Virus record (IMG/VR): IMGVR_UViG_3300010430_000021
Direction: 5' to 3' (one strand)
DNA from: an uncultured virus (IMG/VR IMGVR_UViG_3300010430_000021)
Taxonomy: Duplodnaviria; Heunggongvirae; Uroviricota; Caudoviricetes
DNA: 64,000 nucleotides
Shown here: piece by piece, positions 37,358 through 46,569 of the stretch
How positions within the stretch are numbered: the first letter of the stretch is position 1
Layout: each line of letters opens with the position of its first letter
Position numbers and translations under genes: made by a program
Notes under the pieces: model-generated
Databases searched by the model: none
What the model was told of the DNA's origin: nothing
The model's input: the letters and a program-made list of their open reading frames with translations, nothing else

Positions 37358-37834
37358 ATGGCAAGCAACGACGCATCCCCGTGGCCAACGGTCACATTCA
37401 TTGGGGTCCTGTGCGGAATCACCTTCGGGCTGGTTCTGTACTCGATCTTGCGCCGTGAGCGCGATGGCGTCGGTGGTGGCGTCCTTCCTCTTCCCGAGAC
37501 CGACTTCGACGGCCTCGGAGCTCTGCCCGTCGTGGCAGCAACCCCAAAGCTGGGAAAGTCGCAACCGTTGTCGGCAGCTCGGACTCTAACCATCTCGGAC
37601 AACTCGCCGACGATGGTGCTCCGCGCAACGGGTAACAAGAACTGGCGCGTGAACGTCCGCACGCTCTCCCCGGTCGCAGCCTTCGCCTCCTTCTCGGTAG
37701 GCCACGGCTCAACCAACTCCGTTGTGGTGCCCGCAGGCAGCTCTCAGGACATCTGGGTGCCCGCAGGCGAGTATCTCTACGCGATCGGCAATCAAGCTGG
37801 GGTCTGTGTCTCAGTCTCCGGTGGACAGGGGTAA
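37358..37834 (+). CDS. N-terminal TM + small beta-sandwich protein
   Basis: FIGVLCGITFGLVLYSIL; C-terminal VVVPAG...VPAGEYLYAIG. Confidence 0.65.
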   Translation: MASNDASPWPTVTFIGVLCGITFGLVLYSILRRERDGVGGGVLPLPETDFDGLGALPVVAATPKLGKSQPLSAARTLTISDNSPTMVLRATGNKNWRVNVRTLSPVAAFASFSVGHGSTNSVVVPAGSSQDIWVPAGEYLYAIGNQAGVCVSVSGGQG

Positions 37835-37840
37835 TCCCCC

Positions 37841-38272
37841 TTGTCGTCCTCCGCGTTCCCAATAAAGCCCCTCGCGACCGTCGCGCCGGTACTCAACGAA
37901 GTACCCGCCGTTGACGAGTGGGGGCAGCTTGTCCGCCACGTAGGCCCCGTCGATGCCAACATCGTCGGTGGCGTCGTTGCGGTCTTGCAGCCGTCCTCGA
38001 GCACCGTCGTCAAGGTGGGCCAGAGCATCGCCTCGGTCGTGCTCGCCGCCGACGATCCAACGCGCATGGGCCTCACAATCTACAACGACTCGAACCGAGA
38101 CCTGTACGTGCGAGTCGCACCAGGCCCCGCCACGGTCGACAATTGGACTGTAAAACTGCGCAAGAATGACTACTACGAGCTCCCCTTCCCCGCCTACACG
38201 GGAGAGGTAACGGGCATCTGGGCCACCGCAGGCTCAGGGTCCGCGAGGGTGACATCGATGACGGAGCCCTAA
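37841..38272 (+). CDS. Small beta-sandwich virion protein
   Basis: RMGLTIYNDSNRDLYV...YYELP...YTGEVTGIW pattern. Confidence 0.65.
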   Translation: MSSSAFPIKPLATVAPVLNEVPAVDEWGQLVRHVGPVDANIVGGVVAVLQPSSSTVVKVGQSIASVVLAADDPTRMGLTIYNDSNRDLYVRVAPGPATVDNWTVKLRKNDYYELPFPAYTGEVTGIWATAGSGSARVTSMTEP

Positions 38273-38275
38273 AAA

Positions 38276-38557
38276 TTGCCCTTATTCCGAGCACCTACAG
38301 AGATGCGCTGGCAAGAAGAGCCCACGGGCCTCGTTGACGGCGCCAACACCATCTTCACCACAGCGGAGATGTTTTGCCAAGACCCGCCCTACATGGCGAT
38401 CAAGGTCTTCCGCAACGGACAACAGCAAAGTCTCGATGATGACTACACTGTTTCGGAATCGGGAGGCGCAGGAACGGGTTTTGACACTGTAACTTTTGCG
38501 GTAGGATGTACCCCGAAGGTCGGGGAGATCCTTCGTGTTGACTATGCGGTCGACTAA
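38276..38557 (+). CDS. Small virion adaptor-like beta protein
   Basis: GLVDGANTIFT...VFRNGQQQ...DYTV...PKVGEILRVDY; similar to C-terminus of 38603..40189. Confidence 0.65.
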   Translation: MPLFRAPTEMRWQEEPTGLVDGANTIFTTAEMFCQDPPYMAIKVFRNGQQQSLDDDYTVSESGGAGTGFDTVTFAVGCTPKVGEILRVDYAVD

Positions 38558-38602
38558 TACCCGAAGTCCGTATCCGCCAAACCTCAACACCAAGGATTTA
38601 AC

Positions 38603-40189
38603 ATGGCAATTTCGCTTCTCGATCAGGAGACGCAGGTACGAAGCTCGTTCCCCGTCGCATCGAATTACGTTGACTCCGTAGCACCCACCGAGGCCGCCTA
38701 CGAGACCAACACCACGAATCTCAACGATGACTTGAACAACCTGCGCTCGCAGGTCAACAACATCATCGGGCGCAACGGCGCTGGCTTCCCCGCAACCGAT
38801 TGGTTCGGCGATCTCACAGCACCTTCCACGCTCGAGGCAGGCACCCAACGCGGTGTTGACGCAATCAACGACGGCTTGCACGCCGTCGAAAAGAAGCGCG
38901 TTCTCAAATGCCTCTGGGGCCTCAAGTCCATCAGCATTGCCGGCGCTGGCGACACCTTCGACATTCTCGGCACAGGTGAGCTCCCCGGCAACACGACTGC
39001 CGCTGTTGGTGCTGTCACCACGCTCGGTACCGTTGTCGCTGATGGTTCTGGCGGGTTTGGCGCTCACTCTCTCGCTGAAGTCACTGGCGTCACCGCCATC
39101 TCGCCAAAGAACTTGGTGCAGATCGTCGATGCCGCTACTCGCGACCCCATCCTCGACGGCGACGACAAGATCTACGGTCTTCTCCAATCCGAGACGGCTG
39201 CTGATGGCCACACCATCACGGACACGACCACAACTCGAGTCCAGATCAGTTTCGTCAAGCTGAGCGGTGCCGGTACCGATCTCATCGCTATCGCTTCGGG
39301 CGCGATGGATGGCAAGTCATACGACTACTGCTACGTGGAGCGTGTTCGCCTCGAAGACTTGAACGAAGCCGACTTCCTCGGCGGCGCGAATGTCGACGTT
39401 CCCGCGGGCACTACCGTCACTCGCCAAGCTGGCTACGACAACCAGGGCGCGACTCCTGTTGATCTAACGACCAACGCGATTCTCGACTTGGAAGGCGCCG
39501 GCCTCTCTTGGCAAATCCGCGACGATTTGGAAGCTATGCTCTTCCAAGTTATCGAGGGTTCCGCTGGTGGTACTTCTCAACTCAACGTCGGCGCCGATGT
39601 CGATGAGTTTGATGTTGATGCAGCCGTCAACGACTTCGCGAATGGCGCGACTCTCAACAGTGGTGGTACTCGTCCTATCGCTGTCGGTGTTACCGATGGC
39701 GTGATCGAATCAACTGCTGGCGACTTGGAAGTCCAAGCCTTCGCCGAGCTCTTGTTCGACGACGTGAACCAGACTGGTTCTACTTGGGCCCAAGACGGCA
39801 TCAAGCTCTCCGAAGACACGGCAGAGTGGGATGCTTTCGAGACCGCGTTCGGCGAGGTTTCTCTCCTCAACGCTCTTGTCCAAGCCAAGAACACTTCGGG
39901 TCGCCGCAAGGTCCACGGTGTTGTGACTGCCAACGTGGCAGCCGATGTCGATGTCTCGCTCAGCGATGGCAACCTCGACACCGCTTTGGGAGATCTCTCT
40001 CAGGGTACCTTTGTCGATGACTACGACATCTTCCTCAACGGAGCTCTCCAGGTGAACGGCGCGAATGCTGCCGCGAACAAGGATGTCTACCCAGGAACCG
40101 ACCTGGACAACACAGGCGACGGCCAGCTCAAGTTTGAGAAGAAGCTAAAGGCCGGAAACGTCATCTGCGTGATTGATTGGGTCGCATAG
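38603..40189 (+). CDS. Large acidic virion structural protein
   Basis: AAGGA RBS; strong codon bias; A/G/T/D-rich; C-terminal IFLNGALQ domain. Confidence 0.75.
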   Translation: MAISLLDQETQVRSSFPVASNYVDSVAPTEAAYETNTTNLNDDLNNLRSQVNNIIGRNGAGFPATDWFGDLTAPSTLEAGTQRGVDAINDGLHAVEKKRVLKCLWGLKSISIAGAGDTFDILGTGELPGNTTAAVGAVTTLGTVVADGSGGFGAHSLAEVTGVTAISPKNLVQIVDAATRDPILDGDDKIYGLLQSETAADGHTITDTTTTRVQISFVKLSGAGTDLIAIASGAMDGKSYDYCYVERVRLEDLNEADFLGGANVDVPAGTTVTRQAGYDNQGATPVDLTTNAILDLEGAGLSWQIRDDLEAMLFQVIEGSAGGTSQLNVGADVDEFDVDAAVNDFANGATLNSGGTRPIAVGVTDGVIESTAGDLEVQAFAELLFDDVNQTGSTWAQDGIKLSEDTAEWDAFETAFGEVSLLNALVQAKNTSGRRKVHGVVTANVAADVDVSLSDGNLDTALGDLSQGTFVDDYDIFLNGALQVNGANAAANKDVYPGTDLDNTGDGQLKFEKKLKAGNVICVIDWVA

Positions 40190-40210
40190 ACCTGACTACT
40201 ATCACGGGGC

Positions 40211-40930
40211 ATGAGTTTCGATAAAACGCAAGTCATTGTCCAAACTCTTGAGGGGCAGATCGAGACACTCACGAAGAGTGTCCGGTCTGCTACTCGAGAG
40301 ATTTCCGAATACGACGGCGCGAGCACTATTTGTGGCCAGCTCGCCCAATCTGTCCTGAATTACGACGAGCTCATTGAGGCCCGTCTCGTCAAGGAAGATG
40401 TTCCTGAAGAGACTGCCCAATTGGTCCGCGTCTACACCAAGAATTTGATTGTCCGTTTGCACGCCCTCTGCACCAGCAATGAGAAGGAGCAGGCCAATCA
40501 GTCTCTCATCATGTCTGGGCGCCGAGACGAGCGCATGAGGCAAATCGACTCCCTCACGAAGCAGATTGTCCAGCACAAGAACTTCGCCACGCAGAGAGCG
40601 GCCCAGGAGGTTCTCAACGCTGCTGAGGAAGCCGACATCGACGCGGAATTCGACAATAGCGATGTCGAGGCCATCATCCCAGCCACGCCCGTGCCGCCGC
40701 CTGTAGAGGTTCCTGGGACTCAGCCTCCCAAACCCGCGCCAGCGCCTCTCCCTGAGCCTCCTACGCCCGTCGCAGAGGAAGAGCCGGAGCCGGAGCAAGA
40801 ATCGGAGCCTGAGAACGTTTCCGCCGTTCCTGAGCCCGTTTCCGAGCCTCCTACCAACGTTGTGAACCTTCCGCACAAGCCCAAGCCCAAGCCGAGCAGG
40901 CGAAACCTGAGAAATCGTAAGAAAAGGTAA
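40211..40930 (+). CDS. Coiled-coil protein with Pro/Glu-rich tail (possible chaperone)
   Basis: Helical N-half, PE-rich C-half, basic end. Confidence 0.7.
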   Translation: MSFDKTQVIVQTLEGQIETLTKSVRSATREISEYDGASTICGQLAQSVLNYDELIEARLVKEDVPEETAQLVRVYTKNLIVRLHALCTSNEKEQANQSLIMSGRRDERMRQIDSLTKQIVQHKNFATQRAAQEVLNAAEEADIDAEFDNSDVEAIIPATPVPPPVEVPGTQPPKPAPAPLPEPPTPVAEEEPEPEQESEPENVSAVPEPVSEPPTNVVNLPHKPKPKPSRRNLRNRKKR

Positions 40931-41517
40931 TGGGCCTCACACCAGATCAGGCCGCTGGCCCTTCCGACGAGGAAGAGGTCCAGTTTGAAGACCGAGGGCC
41001 CGCGGGGGATAGCACGGGCGATCCAACCGCGGCAGGCGCCCTGCGCCGTGTCACGAACGCGCTTCGTTTCTTCGTCGGCGGCGCCGTCCGCCAGGTGTTG
41101 CAGGCCAAGAACCCGCCCACAGGGTTTGACGACATCGACTTGACCGGCATCGCAAGCGGTCAAGGACTCGCCTACAACGCTACCTCCAAACAATTCGAGC
41201 CCCAAACCTTCGCAGGCGGCGGCTACGACTCCGCGGTCCACCGAGCAGAAGATCAGCTCGTTCACACCATCGCGGAAGACTCTTTCGAGGAAGTCTCGCG
41301 CACCGGCAACAAGGTCGATTCTATCATAGTCTGGACTACCGCTGGCAAAACGCAGAAGATCCGAGAAGAGCTCTACACGTACTCGGGGAATCAAGTGACC
41401 ACGATCGTCACCAAGCAGTACGACGCTGCCGGAGTTCTCGTTCCAGGGGAAACCATGACTGAAACCTTCAACTACACAGGCTCCACACTCAACAACATCA
41501 CAAGGGTGATGAGCTAA
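40930..41517 (+). CDS. Putative fibre-associated virion protein
   Basis: TAATG coupling; GQGLAYNATSKQFEP and YTYSGNQVTTI strands. Confidence 0.65.
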   Translation: MGLTPDQAAGPSDEEEVQFEDRGPAGDSTGDPTAAGALRRVTNALRFFVGGAVRQVLQAKNPPTGFDDIDLTGIASGQGLAYNATSKQFEPQTFAGGGYDSAVHRAEDQLVHTIAEDSFEEVSRTGNKVDSIIVWTTAGKTQKIREELYTYSGNQVTTIVTKQYDAAGVLVPGETMTETFNYTGSTLNNITRVMS

Positions 41518-42461
41518 TGCCCGGCGTAGCCGTCGTCAATCAACCTGCCGTCACGCCGCGCACCGCGGCAGGCGTCGAAATCAACTTCGCGACAGAAACG
41601 AAGCTCGAGGCCGTGCGTGCCTTGCTCGCTTCGCTGGATGCGAAAGACTTCTCCACGGAAGCCACCCTCAACGCATTCCTTGCAGCGTTCAACGGCGAAG
41701 ACTTCGCCAGCCAAACAACCCTGGCCGCGCTCCTCTCCGCGTTCAACGCTACGGACTTCTCGAGCGAGACAACGCTCGCCGCGCTCAAGGCTTCTTTCGA
41801 CGCCGAAGACTTCGCCAGCCAAACGACCCTGGCTGCGCTACTGCTCGCATTCAACAACGAAGACTTCGCCAGCCAAACAACCTTGGCCGCGCTCCTCTCC
41901 GCGTTCAACGCAGAAGACTTCGCCAGCCAAACGACCCTGGCTTTGGTCAAGAGCGTGCTCGACTCCATCTACCTTCGGCAAACAGACGGTACGCAAAGAG
42001 GCCGCATCACAGACGGCACCAATGACGTGACCGTGCTCAACGATGCAGGCATCTATCGCCTCCAAATCTCGGGCAAGGTGCAAAGCGTCGGCGCGGTACC
42101 GCCACCGGCAACAACGCCAGTCCTAATCAGTGCGGACACCCCTTTGTCTGTTGGGACGAACGATACAGACTACGTGATCCCTAACGGGGAAACCTTCCAC
42201 CTCCAGCAAATCACCGCGGGCAATGAGGACCCAACCAAGGGCGCCGTCACTCTCGTCGTTTTTGACGACGGTTCTGAGCATGTCGTTGAACGTGTCTACA
42301 CCGCGGGCTTCACAGTCCAAGCCGGCTTCTCCGATATTGTCGTAGCCCGTGATGGTACTCCGCTGCTAGGGAATGGCACAAACAAGATCGTCGTTCGTCG
42401 TGTGAAATACTCAGGCTCGAACATCGACATCGATGCCGAGGTTCGGGGGTACTCTGTATGA
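41517..42461 (+). CDS. Putative fibre protein with 18-aa tandem repeats
   Basis: (EDFASQTTLAALLSAFNA) x~6, then a beta-rich head. Confidence 0.75.
   Translation: MPGVAVVNQPAVTPRTAAGVEINFATETKLEAVRALLASLDAKDFSTEATLNAFLAAFNGEDFASQTTLAALLSAFNATDFSSETTLAALKASFDAEDFASQTTLAALLLAFNNEDFASQTTLAALLSAFNAEDFASQTTLALVKSVLDSIYLRQTDGTQRGRITDGTNDVTVLNDAGIYRLQISGKVQSVGAVPPPATTPVLISADTPLSVGTNDTDYVIPNGETFHLQQITAGNEDPTKGAVTLVVFDDGSEHVVERVYTAGFTVQAGFSDIVVARDGTPLLGNGTNKIVVRRVKYSGSNIDIDAEVRGYSV
41640..41965 (+). repeat. 54-bp coding tandem repeat
   Basis: GAAGACTTCGCCAGCCAAAC recurs at 54/108-bp spacing. Confidence 0.9.
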
Positions 42462-42793
42462 GTCGTGAGTTTCATAGGATCGTTCACGCTGTGGACGTAT
42501 CGAAAAAGTCTGAGAGTGAGAACGTGCTCATCATTCCTAACGGGAAGAGGCTGCGCCTCGCGCGTTTCTCGGGGGGCACCGAATACTCGACCAAAGAAGT
42601 CCGCATCGAACTCGTCCACAGGACGGGTGGTGGGGACACCCTTATCGCGACGGGATACACGGGGTGCTTTCAATACGACATCGACGCCGATTTCGTTGGC
42701 GACGGCACCGCTTCAATCGTCATCAAACACGTCAACCAGGACTCGGGTGATCTACACATGAGTGGTTGGTGGGAAGGGACTTCCGATGTCTAG
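42458..42793 (+). CDS. Small beta protein similar to the head domain of 41517..42461
   Basis: IIPNGKRLRL...GDGTASIVI vs VIPNGETFHL...GNGTNKIVV. Confidence 0.65.
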   Translation: MSREFHRIVHAVDVSKKSESENVLIIPNGKRLRLARFSGGTEYSTKEVRIELVHRTGGGDTLIATGYTGCFQYDIDADFVGDGTASIVIKHVNQDSGDLHMSGWWEGTSDV

Positions 42794-43235
42794 GAGCACA
42801 CCTGTTTTTGCACCGACCTTCGAGTACACAGAAGGCGTTCACCCCCAATGGGAAAGCCAGCTCTACACAGCGACGGCTGGCGCGAAGTCTATCTTCGATA
42901 AACTCGTCGTCCAAGAAGAGCAGCTTCGCGAAGGCTACTACGAGCTCATGGATCACCATGGCATCATCGGCGACTACATTGAGCAGTCCATCGTCGATAA
43001 GAACGACGTGCTCGGGTACTTCGCGCTCTATGGCTACGTTGTGGGCCAAGACGTGCTCGAGCTCAAGAAGTACATCAAGACCGAGTACATCAACCCGCTC
43101 ACCGCTGGACAACAGATCAAATTCACCGCACGATCGACAACAGTGCTAGTGCCCGGCCTATTCATGAGAACCACCTACGATTCGACAGGTCTCGTCGACA
43201 CACAATTCAAAGTGACAACCGTTGCCTACTTCTAA
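42786..43235 (+). CDS. Hypothetical virion-module protein
   Basis: Overlapping start in the operon. Confidence 0.65.
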   Translation: MSRSTPVFAPTFEYTEGVHPQWESQLYTATAGAKSIFDKLVVQEEQLREGYYELMDHHGIIGDYIEQSIVDKNDVLGYFALYGYVVGQDVLELKKYIKTEYINPLTAGQQIKFTARSTTVLVPGLFMRTTYDSTGLVDTQFKVTTVAYF

Positions 43236-43407
43236 AGACAAAAACGAGCTCAAAATCGTCATCGACGGCGAAGAAGTCGCGCCGATCAACAAGCACAAGC
43301 TCCCGCCCAAGGTCGATTGGCAATCCAAAGCCCTTGAAAAGCGGGCCGAGCTCGCCAAAGCAGCGGAAAAGCAAGCCGAAGAGAACTCGGAAGAGCAACC
43401 CGAATAG
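43222..43407 (+). CDS. Small charged protein
   Basis: In-operon ORF with TTG start. Confidence 0.45.
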   Translation: MPTSKDKNELKIVIDGEEVAPINKHKLPPKVDWQSKALEKRAELAKAAEKQAEENSEEQPE

Positions 43408-43421
43408 GGTATGATTTCACC

Positions 43422-43703
43422 ATGAGAGTTGAATTCGGCCCGCCTGGCCACAAAGGCGTCACCCAAATTATGGGCCTTGGTGCCGCGGTCGCCGAAGCGA
43501 AAGAATTTGTCCCCTCAGACAAACCAGGCCGAATGGTCGCAGGTCTCGCCGTCGTCACCTACGTCGCTGGCGCGGCCCTAGGCTCGAACATGGCCAAGAA
43601 CATGGGCATCGGTGGCCTCGCCGCCATCCTGCTCGCTCAGGCGCTCAAGAGCGGCGCTGTGCAAGCTCCTGAAGTGCCCAAGAGCGTCCAGGGTTGGGGC
43701 TGA
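43422..43703 (+). CDS. Small 2-TM membrane protein
   Basis: Two Gly/Ala-rich hydrophobic helices. Confidence 0.65.
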   Translation: MRVEFGPPGHKGVTQIMGLGAAVAEAKEFVPSDKPGRMVAGLAVVTYVAGAALGSNMAKNMGIGGLAAILLAQALKSGAVQAPEVPKSVQGWG

Positions 43704-43712
43704 GGCCAGTAG

Positions 43713-43904
43713 ATGTCCTACCGTGCTGTAGGGCTCACTGTGGCCCAAGAGGATAAGCTCGACCGAATCCTCCGTCTCCAGAAGGAAGAGTCCCGCAAGC
43801 GCCAGATTGCGCTCACGTTCACAGCTCTAGGAGCTCTCTTCGCCGCGGGACGCCTTGGAGTCCTCGCCGTGCCTCTCGTGAAGGCCCGGCGAGCAGGGAA
43901 GTAG
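43713..43904 (+). CDS. Small tail-anchored protein
   Basis: MSYR start; C-terminal hydrophobic + basic tail; architecture like 31551..31799. Confidence 0.6.
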   Translation: MSYRAVGLTVAQEDKLDRILRLQKEESRKRQIALTFTALGALFAAGRLGVLAVPLVKARRAGK

Positions 43905-44134
43905 TGGGCGAGCTCAGCCCGCTAGCGGCGCTCGAGGTCCACACCTCCGAGAACTACCTACGCTGCCCCAACTGCCGCAAGCCGCTCACGACGAATCGCG
44001 GGGCGAACTGGCACCGCTGCGAAGACGATCCGCCAAAGCAGAAGCCTCGGCTGGTGAACTAGACTCCGTTATCAAGGTCCCGAGCGCGAGGATGATAAAC
44101 GCGCGAAGGTTTCCTTTTGTCCAACCACAGCGAT

Positions 44135-44392
44135 TCATGAAGGCTCCGGTTCCGGTTCCTTGTCGAGACCTGCCGACCGCACAATCTCTTCGTTCATCAC
44201 AACCGCGGCGGCCTGGCATCCCGGGTCCTCGAGCGCTTTGTAGATCTGATCGATGAGGTCGATCGCGAGCGTCTTCAACTTCTCCTTGGGAACGCCGTAG
44301 TCGGCCATCATGCCCAACGTGTAGCCGAGGGATTGGCTTGTTGATACCAAGGCACCTTGACGGGCCGCTGCTGCTTGCTGTTCTTCTGTCAT
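44135..44392 (-). CDS. Hypothetical protein
   Basis: Last ORF of the leftward right-arm block. Confidence 0.55.
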   Translation of the reverse strand: MTEEQQAAAARQGALVSTSQSLGYTLGMMADYGVPKEKLKTLAIDLIDQIYKALEDPGCQAAAVVMNEEIVRSAGLDKEPEPEPS

Positions 44393-44404
44393 GAGCGGAA
44401 CGTA

Positions 44405-44668
44405 CTACGAGCCGTCCTTCGGCTTGAAACAAATTTCGAGGATAACTTGGCGGCCTGCTTGGCAACTCTCGGGATCGATCTTCATCGACACAGGCTCGTG
44501 CGTCTTTAGAATCTCTTTCAGCTTGCAGTGAGAGCAACTGCCGTAACTTGCCCGCTCCCAACGGTTGCAAGACCTGCAAGCGTTTTCGCCTGCCACGTCT
44601 TCCGTGTTTTCACTGCCGCAGTGTACGCAAGCTAGCATGACGATCTCTCTTTCCTGCACGCGCGACAC
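44405..44668 (-). CDS. Small zinc-finger protein
   Basis: CVHC, CRSC, CSHC. Confidence 0.55.
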   Translation of the reverse strand: MSRVQEREIVMLACVHCGSENTEDVAGENACRSCNRWERASYGSCSHCKLKEILKTHEPVSMKIDPESCQAGRQVILEICFKPKDGS

Positions 44669-45048
44669 TCGCGCGTGTTGCGACCATTGCGCACGCGCAC
44701 GATGGTGTTCGATTTGTTGAATTCATGCCCGCGCAAGCAATGGGTCTTGCGCGCGTTCTTGGCCGTGGGGCCCTCTCCGATGAGAGTGTTGTCGAGCATA
44801 GGGATGAGGCGAAGGTGGTGGGGGTTGAAGCACTTGCGATTGCGACACCTGTGGTCGAGCACTTTGTCCTTGGGCTTGTGCTTGCCATGGAAGAGCTCCC
44901 ACATCACGATATGCGTCGCTCGAGTCTTGCCATCAACAGAGATGCGCCCGTAACCGTTCCCTGAATCAGCTCCGGGCCATTCCCAGCACTCGTCTTCGCC
45001 GCGTGCGTGAACAACGAGGCGCTCCACAACGCACTTTGTTCTAGCCAT
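44632..45048 (-). CDS. HNH endonuclease with C-terminal zinc-binding domain
   Basis: CWEWPG...GYG...THIVMW...LDHRCRNRKCFNPHHL...KTHCLRGHEF...CRAC. Confidence 0.9.
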   Translation of the reverse strand: MARTKCVVERLVVHARGEDECWEWPGADSGNGYGRISVDGKTRATHIVMWELFHGKHKPKDKVLDHRCRNRKCFNPHHLRLIPMLDNTLIGEGPTAKNARKTHCLRGHEFNKSNTIVRVRNGRNTRECRACRKERSSC

Positions 45049-45256
45049 CGACGCAACCTTTACACAGAGCTTGCTCTCTCGAAAGGCGAACCTTCCAGCC
45101 AGCCTCGCGAGCTTTCTTGCGAGCCTCTCCGGCGTTCTCCCCCTCGAAGTAGCCAATGACATGGCCCGGCCAACAGCCGCGCTCTGCGCAGTGTGGACCG
45201 TCGCAATGCAGCTCGAGCTTGTACCTGCCGTAAATCAACCTGCGCCCAAGACCCAC
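45041..45256 (-). CDS. Small Cys-rich protein
   Basis: LHCDGPHC...ARKKAREAGW...LCKGC. Confidence 0.55.
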   Translation of the reverse strand: MGLGRRLIYGRYKLELHCDGPHCAERGCWPGHVIGYFEGENAGEARKKAREAGWKVRLSREQALCKGCVDG

Positions 45257-45492
45257 GAAAGCAAAAGGACGTGGTTGCCGCCGCTGTACGTTCGATCTAC
45301 CACAATCTTCTCAGCCTCGAGCTTCTTCATCGCGTGGACGATGAAACGGTTGGACTTGATCACAACCTCGACTTCGCAATGCCCAAGCTCCGCGGCCTCT
45401 TTGGCCTTCTGGACGCACATGTCGAAGAGAGATACGGAATTGATGGACTCGGTTCGCTCCAACAGGATAGCCGCCAAGGGTACCCGGCTCAT
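45235..45492 (-). CDS. Hypothetical protein
   Basis: ATGA coupling. Confidence 0.5.
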   Translation of the reverse strand: MSRVPLAAILLERTESINSVSLFDMCVQKAKEAAELGHCEVEVVIKSNRFIVHAMKKLEAEKIVVDRTYSGGNHVLLLSWVLGAG

Positions 45493-45920
45493 GGTCTTCT
45501 CGACTCCTTCAAGTCTTTGCAGGCTTGAGCTCCGTGGCCGTCGAAAAGACAAAGAGGGCAGCTCACGCTCGGGTCCTCTTTCTCGCGGCCCTCGTCGCCC
45601 CAAGACTTGCGACAAACCAACTTGGCCGTGGCAGTCGAGTAGCCTGCGAGTCCTTCGCTCTTGATGCGAATGCGCTCAACCTCAAACTTGCTACCGTCTT
45701 TGGTGGTGATGCTCACCACGAGGTCTTCCATGCCCGTGCTCTCGTCTCGAGAAGACAAGTCGGTATCGATGTTGACCCAATGAACCTGCAACTCCGAGAT
45801 GCGGAATTGCTTGCGGTCCCTGTGGTGCCTTGGTTGCTGCTTTTCCTTCTTGTTCCTGTTGCCCCAACAGCCGGGGTTTCTGTGTTGGGTGGTGCAGGAT
45901 TGTCCTAAGCATTTGCTCAT
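45489..45920 (-). CDS. Hypothetical protein
   Basis: ATGA coupling; C-terminal CPLC...H...C. Confidence 0.55.
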   Translation of the reverse strand: MSKCLGQSCTTQHRNPGCWGNRNKKEKQQPRHHRDRKQFRISELQVHWVNIDTDLSSRDESTGMEDLVVSITTKDGSKFEVERIRIKSEGLAGYSTATAKLVCRKSWGDEGREKEDPSVSCPLCLFDGHGAQACKDLKESRRP

Positions 45921-46156
45921 CGCTTGTTCGCTTTCAGCGCTCTTCGGAACGCGATCGGGTGTCGGAACTTGATATGCCTCTTGGCTTTCTTCTGGCCCTC
46001 CTCCTGGTGGTCGGTGCAGTGCTGCACCATGAAGTCGCAGAGAGAGCAGGCAATGATGAAGTCGCCGTTGAACTTGCACTCTTCGATGTAGCAAGGCCCT
46101 TCCTCTCGATTGGCCTTGTACTCCTTCTCTGCCGCCGATAGGGCTTTGCGTCGCAT
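45917..46156 (-). CDS. Small Cys/His-rich protein
   Basis: CYIEEC, CSLC, HxxxxH. Confidence 0.5.
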   Translation of the reverse strand: MRRKALSAAEKEYKANREEGPCYIEECKFNGDFIIACSLCDFMVQHCTDHQEEGQKKAKRHIKFRHPIAFRRALKANKR

Positions 46157-46170
46157 CTTCCTTTTGAGGC

Positions 46171-46569
46171 TCACGACATACCTCCGTCTTGGCAGATGGT
46201 GAAGAGTTTGTTTGTTTGCTTGTCCCTTCGGCAGCCCATGAATCCACCGCAGACAGATCCGCCGCTGCCTGAGATGCACGAGGGGTCACTTTCCTCTTTG
46301 CGAGGGCAGTACCCTTCCAAGGGCCTGTGGCCTTCCGACCCGTACTCTTGTGTGGGTACTAGGGAGGCCCTTTCGAGCTCGAGTTCGGGTGCCGAGTCTC
46401 TTATCAGCCACGCGCCTAGCACTTCGTGCAGCTTCTTTACGGAGACAGCATCAAGGCGAAACACTTGCTCCCAATCAAATTCGGCGAAGAGAACCATGTA
46501 GAAGGCATCGGAGGGGGCATCAGCTTCTATACCTTTGCCTGCTTTAATTGTTGCGTTGATTTTTGTCAT
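46171..46569 (-). CDS. Hypothetical protein
   Basis: ATGA coupling. Confidence 0.55.
   Translation of the reverse strand: MTKINATIKAGKGIEADAPSDAFYMVLFAEFDWEQVFRLDAVSVKKLHEVLGAWLIRDSAPELELERASLVPTQEYGSEGHRPLEGYCPRKEESDPSCISGSGGSVCGGFMGCRRDKQTNKLFTICQDGGMS

Noticed and set aside
41640..41965. Regularly spaced DNA repeats resembling a CRISPR array or DGR template/variable repeat
   Set aside because: In-frame 54-bp coding repeats; no reverse transcriptase and no adenine-specific mismatch pattern seen
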